From positions 26,865 to 90,864 of the forward strand of contig MBQZ01000103.1 of assembly GCA_002134785.1 (NCBI GenBank): 64,000 bases of DNA. Direction: 5' to 3'. Positions 9,312 to 16,638 of the stretch are shown here, in pieces; positions within the stretch are counted from its first letter, which is position 1, and the number at the start of each line of letters is the position of its first letter. Source of the DNA: Crenothrix sp. D3 (GTDB taxonomy: Bacteria; Pseudomonadota; Gammaproteobacteria; Methylococcales; Methylomonadaceae). Under the pieces are notes generated by a model. The model did not search any database. It worked only from the letters and a program-made list of their open reading frames with translations, and was not told where the DNA came from. A program made the position numbers and the translations under genes.

Positions 9312-10693
9312 AAAATATCACCACTAAAAACCCGTGGGTCGCCCCTGTCATAGTTCGTCATGCGTCTAGCGGCATGAATAAATTCGGTGGGGTGCGTGAT
9401 GCGCAATTTCGCGATGAAATTGCTGGTGTGTCGATTGCCGAACTGGTAGAAAAATACGGTTCGCCGCTGTTCGTGTTATCGGAAGAACATTTACGCCAAT
9501 CGGTGCGCCGTATTAACCGCGCTTTTACCACCCGCTATGCCAAAGTGCGCCAAGCGTGGTCGTATAAAACCAATTATATCAACGCGGTCTCCGCCATTTT
9601 GCACCAAGAAGGCTGTGATGCCGAAGTGGTGTCTGAATTTGAATACGACAAAGCCCGCCGTTTAGGTGTGCCTGCGTCGCGGATTTTCTTTAATGGCCCC
9701 TATAAATCACGCGGTGCATTAACCAAAGCGGTGAGCGAAGGGGCGCGAATTCATGTTGACCATTTGGACGAACTAGCATTATTAGAAGAAGTCGCGGCTG
9801 AACTGGGCATTTTGAACTTCCCGATTACCATTCGCTTGAACTTTGATACAGGCTTTGCGGAAAACTGGGGACGCTTTGGGTTTAACTTAGAAAACGGGCA
9901 GGCAATGGAAGCGGCGCGGCGTATTGCCGCCAGTCCCAATTTAAAACTCACAGGGCTGCATAATCATATCGGCACGTTTATCACTGACCCGCGTGCTTAT
10001 ACCGCGCAAGTCGGCATCATGATTAATTTTATGAACAATGTGGAAGCGGCGACTGATTGCACCATCACCACGCTGGATATAGGCGGCGGTTTTGCCTCGC
10101 GTAATGCCATGCAGGGCGTGTATTTACCGCCTGAACAAATTACCCCCACCGCTGAGCAATACGCCGAAGCGATTTGTGGCGCGTTAGCGATTGGCTTAAA
10201 AGACCGTGAACAACACGGCAAGCCGTTACCCGAATTAGTGTTAGAAACAGGTCGCGCGGTAGTCGATGAAGCGGAATGGCTAATTTCCAGCGTGGTGGCG
10301 AATAAACGCCTGCCGACTGGGCAACGCGCTATGGTGCTGGACGCAGGCGTGAATATTTTATTCACCGCGTTTTGGTATAACCACGAAGTACGCCCTGCGC
10401 GTCCTGTGGAAGGTATCCCCGAAGACACCGTGTTGTATGGCCCGTTGTGTATGAACATTGATGTGGTGCGTCAATCAGTGAGTTTGCCGCCGCTGAAAAC
10501 AGGCGATTTATTGTCGTTTTGGCCTGTCGGTGCTTATAACAATACCCAGTGGATGCAGTTTATTCAGCTCCGCCCTGCGGTGGTCATGGTGCGACAAAAC
10601 GGACAGGTGGATGTAGTGCGCCGCGCGGAAACGCTGGATGATGTGGAAGAACCTGAACGCTTGCCAGCGGATTTGCAACCTGATTTTTCTTAG
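9308..10693 (+). CDS. PLP-dependent decarboxylase, Orn/DAP/Arg decarboxylase (alanine-racemase-fold) family
   Basis: 'GSPLFVLSEEHLR', 'AWSYKTNY' (PLP lysine context), 'LDIGGGF' and 'ETGRAVV' motifs. ATG at 9308 overlaps the upstream stop (ATGA). Confidence 0.8.
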   Translation: MKNITTKNPWVAPVIVRHASSGMNKFGGVRDAQFRDEIAGVSIAELVEKYGSPLFVLSEEHLRQSVRRINRAFTTRYAKVRQAWSYKTNYINAVSAILHQEGCDAEVVSEFEYDKARRLGVPASRIFFNGPYKSRGALTKAVSEGARIHVDHLDELALLEEVAAELGILNFPITIRLNFDTGFAENWGRFGFNLENGQAMEAARRIAASPNLKLTGLHNHIGTFITDPRAYTAQVGIMINFMNNVEAATDCTITTLDIGGGFASRNAMQGVYLPPEQITPTAEQYAEAICGALAIGLKDREQHGKPLPELVLETGRAVVDEAEWLISSVVANKRLPTGQRAMVLDAGVNILFTAFWYNHEVRPARPVEGIPEDTVLYGPLCMNIDVVRQSVSLPPLKTGDLLSFWPVGAYNNTQWMQFIQLRPAVVMVRQNGQVDVVRRAETLDDVEEPERLPADLQPDFS

Positions 10694-10699
10694 CCACTT

Positions 10700-10770
10700 G
10701 TAGGGGCAATCCCTTGTGGTTGACCTGATAACGACCTATTCACAGGGCTGGCACAAGGCACAGCCCCTAC
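10700..10770. repeat. Palindromic intergenic repeat, family R1 (GTAGGGGCAATCCCTTGTGGTTG...GGCACAGCCCCTAC)
   Basis: Near-identical copy at 44271-44332. The termini are inverted repeats gtaggggc/gcccctac. Confidence 0.8.
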
Positions 10771-10828
10771 TTTTAGGCTTAACTTAATGGCGACGCTGCG
10801 TGTGGAAACGAGAAATAAAGAATTAACC

Positions 10829-12961
10829 ATGATGACATCACATTCAATCAAAGTTTTTTGCCAACACTTAGCCCAAGGTTACGCGTGGATATTACTCATG
10901 CCCTCCACTCGTGCTGGCGTGGTACTGATAATGGCAACCTTCGCCACGCCCAACATCGCTATCATCGGTTTATTAGGTGCGAGTTTCACATTATTGAGCG
11001 CACGCGGCTTGCGTGTCACCGAGGGCTTGTCGGCGGTTTATGTGTTTAATGGGCTATTAACAGGCTTGTTTCTTGCCGCGCATTATCAAACTACAGTGCA
11101 TCTCTTATTGTTGCTGGTCTTTGCAAGTGTATTAGTTGCCTTAATAACCCATAGCGTTGCGGGCGTATTGTGGCGATTTTCTCAATTGCCTGTATTGAGT
11201 TTGCCGTTTGTCTTGGCGGCGTGGCTGGCGCAACTGGCAGGAACGAGTTACGGCAATTTATTACCTATTGCTGATGCTAGCCATCTGTCTACCGATTGGA
11301 TAGATACTTTTTTTACTAGCTTGGCGAGCATCTTTTTTCAGCCTAATCCGTACTTGGGTGGCGTGTTATTTATCACACTGTTCATCACTTCGCGCACTTT
11401 GGCTTTTTTAGCGGTGTTGGGATTTTTGGCAGGTGTCGGGTGGCACACACTGTTCACGGGTAACGTGGCAGTTTATGTTGCACCGAATTGGATTTTTAAT
11501 TCAATGTTAGCGGCAATGGCAACAGGTGGATTATTTGTCGTTCCCAGTGTTGGCGGTTTGTTATTAGGCACGGTGGCAGCGTTGTTAGCAGCATTATTAG
11601 CGGCGGCACTCAGTCAATGTTTATTGCCTTTTGGTTTATCGCCGTTAGCCTTGCCGTTTTTACTGTCAACGTGGCTGTGTTTGTACACGGCACAACGCTC
11701 TGGAAAACCTGCGTTAGTCGGTGAACGCGTGCAGTTACCCGAAAAATCCTTAGAAGATGGTCGCTTAGCCCGCACACGGCTGGGTAATCCTGCCAGTGTG
11801 GCGTTGATTCCGCCGTTTATGGGAACATGGCAAGTATCACAAGGACGCGATGGCGAACATACGCACCGTGGATTGTGGCGTGATGCGCTGGATTTTATTG
11901 TCACCGAAGACGGGCAGAGTTTTCATGGTAATGGGCTAGTCGTTGAAGATTTTTTCTGTTTTGGTTTGCCGATAGTCTCACCTTGTTATGGGCAGGTAGT
12001 GCAACTACAAAATAATGTGCTTGATAATGCGATTGGTGAAGTGAATTTACGCGAAAACTGGGGCAACTATGTAGTCATCCGTTTGTATGAGGGTGTTTAT
12101 GTATTATTGGCACATTTACGCTATAACAGCCTCAGTGTCACTGTCGGCGATTGGCTAAAAACAGGGCAAGCAGTGGCACAATGCGGTAATTCAGGACGTT
12201 CACCACAACCGCATTTGCATTTTTCGGTGCTACGTCATGCGACACCCGAAGCGGAAACCCGCCCGTTTCATCTCATCGGTGTGTTATTACAAGCCGAAAA
12301 AAACAATGCCGTTTTTCATCTATGGGCAAATCCTCAACAAAACGACAAAGTCACCGCAGCGTGGTTTGGTGCAGTGCGCCCTTTATCATTGCGGGTCGGT
12401 TTAGGACGCAGTTATCGAGTGCGCGTGAATGGCGGGCAATGGCAATCGTGGCAACTGACTCCGCAACTCAATTTAGCAGGGCAGTTTTTGTTAGTGTCTG
12501 AGTCAGGCGCGAGTTGTTGTTGTGAAGAAAATGGTGCGGTCTTTGCTTGTTATGGGCGCGAAGGCGGCGCAGATGTGTTTCTTGATTTATGGCTATTAGC
12601 GGTCGGTTGCACGCCGTCTTCTGAACACGCGAAACAATGGCGCGATAGCCCGCCAACGCGCTTATTACCCAGCCGCTGGCGGTGGTTGAGTGCGTTATTA
12701 GCCCCTTATGCCACGCAAATCAACGCCCACTATGCTCGCAGTTTTGATGATGCGGCGCGAGTATGGCGACAAACAAGTACGCTTTTCTTATTGGGTAAAC
12801 AAGTGATGACCATTGAAACGGCGATTGTTGCTAATAATGGACTTACTTATTTATTAGCAAATAGCGCGGGGCAACGCTGGGAAATGATACTGGAAGGTGC
12901 GTTTCAAACGGGCGATACGGGTGTTCCTGAACGTGAATGGGCGATAGACACGAACATTTAA
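10829..12961 (+). CDS. Fusion membrane protein: N-terminal urea-transporter-like polytopic domain, M23 (LytM) metallopeptidase domain and an unknown C-terminal region
   Basis: About 300 aa of hydrophobic helices. Then 'HTHRGLWRDALDF' (HxxxD) and 'GNSGRSPQPHLHFSV' (HxH), the M23 motifs. The start is uncertain (10787 or 10829). Confidence 0.6.
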   Translation: MMTSHSIKVFCQHLAQGYAWILLMPSTRAGVVLIMATFATPNIAIIGLLGASFTLLSARGLRVTEGLSAVYVFNGLLTGLFLAAHYQTTVHLLLLLVFASVLVALITHSVAGVLWRFSQLPVLSLPFVLAAWLAQLAGTSYGNLLPIADASHLSTDWIDTFFTSLASIFFQPNPYLGGVLFITLFITSRTLAFLAVLGFLAGVGWHTLFTGNVAVYVAPNWIFNSMLAAMATGGLFVVPSVGGLLLGTVAALLAALLAAALSQCLLPFGLSPLALPFLLSTWLCLYTAQRSGKPALVGERVQLPEKSLEDGRLARTRLGNPASVALIPPFMGTWQVSQGRDGEHTHRGLWRDALDFIVTEDGQSFHGNGLVVEDFFCFGLPIVSPCYGQVVQLQNNVLDNAIGEVNLRENWGNYVVIRLYEGVYVLLAHLRYNSLSVTVGDWLKTGQAVAQCGNSGRSPQPHLHFSVLRHATPEAETRPFHLIGVLLQAEKNNAVFHLWANPQQNDKVTAAWFGAVRPLSLRVGLGRSYRVRVNGGQWQSWQLTPQLNLAGQFLLVSESGASCCCEENGAVFACYGREGGADVFLDLWLLAVGCTPSSEHAKQWRDSPPTRLLPSRWRWLSALLAPYATQINAHYARSFDDAARVWRQTSTLFLLGKQVMTIETAIVANNGLTYLLANSAGQRWEMILEGAFQTGDTGVPEREWAIDTNI

Positions 12962-12988
12962 CTTTAATCAAAATAGGTTATAAAAATA

Positions 12989-13876
12989 ATGAAAAAAAAC
13001 ATAATGCTGTTGTGCTGTACGACTGTACTGGCAAGCTCACTGACGCACGCCAGTGAAGCATGGAAAGTAAATACAGCGGCTCAAGGTACTTATTTAGGTT
13101 ATTCAAACTCACAGTATCGTGACTCACTGCATGAAGAAGGCGCGGTGGTATCGGCTGATTATTTAGATGAAGGCGGAGTCACTGCGGGTTATACGCACAC
13201 TGAACTGACGCTTAAAAATAATCAACCTAGACTTGATCAAAATTCTTATTTTTTATCCGCGCGTAAACATTTTTACATTGACGAACTGGCTGGGAAAATC
13301 ACGCTACGCGCTGATGGGCATTTTATTGATAACACCGACCCTAGTAATGATACCGATGATGTCAGTGTCGGTGCTACTCAAGCCAGTTATCTCAGTAATA
13401 ATAAAAAATATTATGCTGATTTTGGTTATGCCTACAGTCATTATCAAAATAATCTCCATGTTAGCCAATACACGCCCACTGTCGGCGTTGGTGTGTTTGA
13501 TGGTGATGGTTGGTTGCAATTACGCGGTTATTTTATTGAAACGTCCAACCCAGAACGCGCTCAAGGCTTAAGTTCCACGCAAGCCGCAGAAATTAAATAT
13601 ACCCATTGGCTTACGCCTGACGGACTGTTTAAACCCAGTAATTTACAAATCGGCGGCTTAGTGGGTAGACGTTTTTATGCCGTCGATATGGATGCGGGTA
13701 CGGTGGCTAACTTAGCCGATGTACAAACAGGCGGTATCACGACAGGGGCAGAATGGAAGGTAAGCGAACATGGCAAGGTATTATTACTAGGAGGCAATAA
13801 TTTTTATAAAAATAGAACCGCAAGCGACAGTTACTCAGGGGCGTTTGGTTATCTGAATGCTAGCGTTGTTTGGTAA
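12989..13876 (+). CDS. Putative outer-membrane beta-barrel protein
   Basis: Signal peptide 'MKKNIMLLCCTTVLASSLTHA', alternating amphipathic strands rich in Y/G, and a C-terminal aromatic residue '...NASVVW'. Confidence 0.5.
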   Translation: MKKNIMLLCCTTVLASSLTHASEAWKVNTAAQGTYLGYSNSQYRDSLHEEGAVVSADYLDEGGVTAGYTHTELTLKNNQPRLDQNSYFLSARKHFYIDELAGKITLRADGHFIDNTDPSNDTDDVSVGATQASYLSNNKKYYADFGYAYSHYQNNLHVSQYTPTVGVGVFDGDGWLQLRGYFIETSNPERAQGLSSTQAAEIKYTHWLTPDGLFKPSNLQIGGLVGRRFYAVDMDAGTVANLADVQTGGITTGAEWKVSEHGKVLLLGGNNFYKNRTASDSYSGAFGYLNASVVW

Positions 13877-13906
13877 TACACTCATCAATTCACAGAGAAA
13901 AATACA

Positions 13907-14515
13907 ATGAAAAAAATAAAATTGGTACTTTTATTGACAGGATTATTGGCGACATCGTGGGCTTATGCAGACAATGAAGCCGCGTGGACCAGCTCTTACA
14001 GCTTAGAAGCAACTAAAAAATATGCCGATGCACTCGCTGCATTGAATGGAATATCAGCCAGTGGTGACGATGCACAATTATTATTATTGCGTCAAGGTTG
14101 GCTCACTTATTTACAAGGGCAATACAGTGAATCCGTTCAGCATTACCAAGCCGCCATGCAACAAAATCCTAAATCCATAGATGCTGCATTAGGTATGACA
14201 TTACCGCTACTAGCACAACAACGTTGGCAAGAAGCCGCCGTTCACGCTAAAGAGGTATTGAATGCCTCGCCTAACCAATACACGGCTTATTTACGGCTGA
14301 TTGTTGCTGAAGAAGGCGCGAAGGATTGGTCAGCAATGAAAAAACACGCGGAAGAATTAACGCAACATTACCCAACTGATACCTCGGCTTTTGTGTATTT
14401 AGCGCGGGCGTATGCGTGGTTAGGAGATAAAGAAGCGGCTAAAAAAGCCTATACTGCGGCGTTAAGTCGAATGCCTAAACATTATGAAGCGACGGCTTAT
14501 TTAGCTAAACTATAA
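13907..14515 (+). CDS. Periplasmic tetratricopeptide-repeat protein
   Basis: Signal peptide 'MKKIKLVLLLTGLLATSWAYA' and several TPR-like 'W..A...Y..AL...P' units. Confidence 0.65.
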   Translation: MKKIKLVLLLTGLLATSWAYADNEAAWTSSYSLEATKKYADALAALNGISASGDDAQLLLLRQGWLTYLQGQYSESVQHYQAAMQQNPKSIDAALGMTLPLLAQQRWQEAAVHAKEVLNASPNQYTAYLRLIVAEEGAKDWSAMKKHAEELTQHYPTDTSAFVYLARAYAWLGDKEAAKKAYTAALSRMPKHYEATAYLAKL

Positions 14516-14525
14516 GTCGTAGATT

Positions 14526-14559
14526 GCACTCCCAACAAATATGATTTTGTTGGGAGTGC
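14526..14559. terminator. Bidirectional hairpin terminator (14-bp perfect stem)
   Basis: gcactcccaacaaa (14526-14539) pairs with tttgttgggagtgc (14546-14559), with a 6-nt loop. It sits between the TPR gene stop and the orphan speA 3' fragment. Confidence 0.7.
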
Positions 14560-14568
14560 CATTGACCG

Positions 14569-14683
14569 TTATTTTTCCAAATAAGTATAAGCGGTTAATC
14601 CCGCTAGTAGTTCTTGTTCATAATCATGCTGGTCTTTGCGCCTGAGCTGGCTTTTCACTAGCTTTTCACGGTTGGCGATTTTT
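14569..14683 (-). pseudogene. Orphan duplicate of the last ~38 codons of speA
   Basis: 115 bp, ~93% identical by eye (8 mismatches) to 18978-19092. It encodes '...REKLVKSQLRRKDQHDYEQELLAGLTAYTYLEK*' versus the SpeA C-terminus '...REKLVNSQLSRKDQHDYEQELLAGLTAYTYLEK*'. Confidence 0.85.
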
Positions 14684-14725
14684 GATAGTCCATACAAACC
14701 AAGGAACTGGATTGGTTTGTAGGAA

Positions 14726-15118
14726 CTATCGTTCAAGCAATGTAAATTGTGTTTGTTCATAAAATAAACTCATAATGCGCCAACCCTGTTCAGTTTGTGC
14801 CACAACTAATACATCCAAGCCTTCACGTTGTTCTCTATCGGCAATCAGCAAATAGTTCGCTTTGATAATAGCGATTTCACCCTGTTGTTGAACGGATACT
14901 TCAGACCACGTTTCTGTAAACACTTTCGCCTGCAACGCGTATGTTTGTTGCTCTTTAACGCAGTCATTCAAACCAAATACTTCGACTTGAGCATTTTTTT
15001 CTAGTCGAACAATGTTTGCGGTTTCATGAAATAACGCTCGCCAGCCAACGAAATTTTTTTGTGTGAGATACAATGGATAGTGCTGTGCAATCAATTGAGG
15101 AGTATTTAAGTTAACCAT
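14726..15118 (-). CDS. Small protein of unknown function, possibly NTF2-like/SnoaL-like (weak call)
   Basis: 130 aa, no signal peptide, with an alpha+beta pattern ending 'GWRIMSLFYE'. The call rests on size and pattern only. Confidence 0.35.
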   Translation of the reverse strand: MVNLNTPQLIAQHYPLYLTQKNFVGWRALFHETANIVRLEKNAQVEVFGLNDCVKEQQTYALQAKVFTETWSEVSVQQQGEIAIIKANYLLIADREQREGLDVLVVAQTEQGWRIMSLFYEQTQFTLLER

Positions 15119-15258
15119 TTGATTTACTTATAAAATTGTCGCTTTATTTTATGTAAATTTTTTTGCTTACCAAGCAGAAAATATTCAATGCGCGGCGAGA
15201 TAAGTAGCTGACCATTTTTTAACTGTTAGCTATAGCTAACCTAATCTATGCAGCTGTC

Positions 15259-16239
15259 TTAAATGGAATCCATGTATTCTCTGGCTGATTTCATCACCGA
15301 TAAACCCGTGGGGGTTAAATCTCCATACTGCTTAACCACACTGTAACCTGCTTCAAAGTTTTTCTGATCCCGAAGCATTGCAGACTCGGCATATAAGTGA
15401 TCTGAATCATTCAGTACACCACTGGCAAGTAGTTTAGACATTGCCCAGTGCATTCGAGCAGAAACATAAGTTGCGTGGTAGATACCATCCATTGGACGCG
15501 AATCAACGCGCAACGGTGATTGGTAAAGCGTGTCATCATCGTTATTGACCAGAGCTTCATCACTGGCAAAACCAAAAAGTAGTATGTGCGCACTTTCGTG
15601 AGCCATTACTTCTATTAAAGCAACTTCGTTTTCATGGGAGGAGGCATTAAGAAAGAGACCACCCCAAAGCATATAAGAAGAGCCACCATCAAACTGGTAT
15701 TCTGCTGTGGAGTCCCCCTCTACCATGATGATTTGACTTACCAGCGCGTCAAATTCTGCTGCCAGTTCAGGGATTGCAGCACTTAGTAAACGATAACTGC
15801 GTTCAAGCCGTTCACGAAAGCATGACGCAGTCTTTGGAGTTGGTGAAAAAATTTCAAATCTAGCGAGGGGATCTGCGTCCATTAGATTAATGTAACGCGC
15901 AACATGGGCAGTGAGCTTGGCATCATCGAGGGCTAATAATTGCCAGTTTTTATCTTGTGGACGTTCTTGTACTAATTCTTTGAGTAATTGTGTGGCACTA
16001 TCGATGTTATCGCTGTCCAATGCCAGCACTAATTCGGTGTAGATGGCAAACGTTGAAGGGGGAAACTTGTCACCTTGATTTAATCCTGTAATCAACTGAG
16101 TCATTGCCTTGGTGTCGAAGTCAATTTGACCATTAATTTGAGTCGCTATGTAGTCTAAGCTTTCAGCCAGTGAACAACGCATTCTGCGATTTATTGCTTT
16201 AGCACGAATCCCACAAGGGGGGAATTTGAAATCAATCAT
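15259..16239 (-). CDS. HExxH-motif protein; resembles the 'HEXXH motif domain'/alphaKG-HExxH peptide beta-hydroxylase family, or alternatively a metallopeptidase
   Basis: 'GGSSYMLWGGLFLN', 'EVMAHESAHILLFG', 'SPLRVDSRPMDGIYHATYVSARMHW'. Confidence 0.55.
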   Translation of the reverse strand: MIDFKFPPCGIRAKAINRRMRCSLAESLDYIATQINGQIDFDTKAMTQLITGLNQGDKFPPSTFAIYTELVLALDSDNIDSATQLLKELVQERPQDKNWQLLALDDAKLTAHVARYINLMDADPLARFEIFSPTPKTASCFRERLERSYRLLSAAIPELAAEFDALVSQIIMVEGDSTAEYQFDGGSSYMLWGGLFLNASSHENEVALIEVMAHESAHILLFGFASDEALVNNDDDTLYQSPLRVDSRPMDGIYHATYVSARMHWAMSKLLASGVLNDSDHLYAESAMLRDQKNFEAGYSVVKQYGDLTPTGLSVMKSAREYMDSI

Positions 16240-16316
16240 AAGAAGAGAAAGCTAAAATAAAGACTTGTCAATTGAGGGGGAGGGGTAATATTTTAGATTT
16301 AACTTTAAAATTACTG

Positions 16317-16362
16317 ATAAAAAACCGCTGCTGGGAGCACAAATAATGTCGCCCAGCAACGG
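16317..16362 (-). terminator. Rho-independent terminator/attenuator just downstream of the repeat-peptide gene
   Basis: On the minus strand, 'ccgttgctgggcgacattatttgtgctcccagcagcgg' is followed by 'ttttttat'. Confidence 0.6.
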
Positions 16363-16383
16363 CTAACAAATGGCTTTTTAGTA

Positions 16384-16608
16384 TTAAACGTCTGGACCAG
16401 TTTTCATGGGGGACGGTACTTTACCAATTTTCGGACTCAGAACAACAGACGGTACTTTACCAATTTTCGGACTCAGAACAACAGACGGTACTTTACCAAT
16501 TTTCGAACCCAGAACAACAGGTAGTTGCTGTTGACTAAGAGAGTGGCTGGCGATTTTAAAACCATAAAGTTTGGATGGGTCAAGATTGATTTTTTTGTTG
16601 GTATTCAT
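16384..16608 (-). CDS. 74-aa peptide with three tandem 12-aa repeats (VVL[GS][SP]KIGKVPS); candidate precursor/substrate peptide
   Basis: ORF with 'aaagga' 10 nt upstream of the ATG. The repeats are encoded by a 3 x 36 bp tandem DNA repeat. It lies between the ATP-grasp and HExxH genes on the same strand. Confidence 0.55.
   Translation of the reverse strand: MNTNKKINLDPSKLYGFKIASHSLSQQQLPVVLGSKIGKVPSVVLSPKIGKVPSVVLSPKIGKVPSPMKTGPDV
16413..16520. repeat. Tandem repeat, 3 x 36 bp, in-frame within the small ORF
   Basis: Units at 16413-16448 and 16449-16484 are identical ('gacggtactttaccaattttcggactcagaacaaca'). The third (16485-16520) differs at 2 positions. Confidence 0.95.
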
Positions 16609-16638
16609 TTGAGCTGATTCCTTTACGTTCAGTTTAGT

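Noticed and set aside
13233-13571. 112-aa (+) and 71-aa (-) ORFs inside the outer-membrane barrel gene
   Set aside because: They are alternative-frame ORFs in an AT-rich stretch. Their Ile/Met/Val-rich translations are typical of frame artefacts.
14569-14760. 63-aa ORF as an intact gene
   Set aside because: Only its C-terminal ~38 codons are meaningful (the duplicated speA end). The N-terminal part reads through junction DNA and overlaps the neighbouring CDS. It is annotated as a pseudogene fragment.
16413-16520. 36-bp tandem repeat as a CRISPR array
   Set aside because: The units are directly adjacent with no spacers, are in-frame within a plausible ORF, and there are no cas genes in the window.
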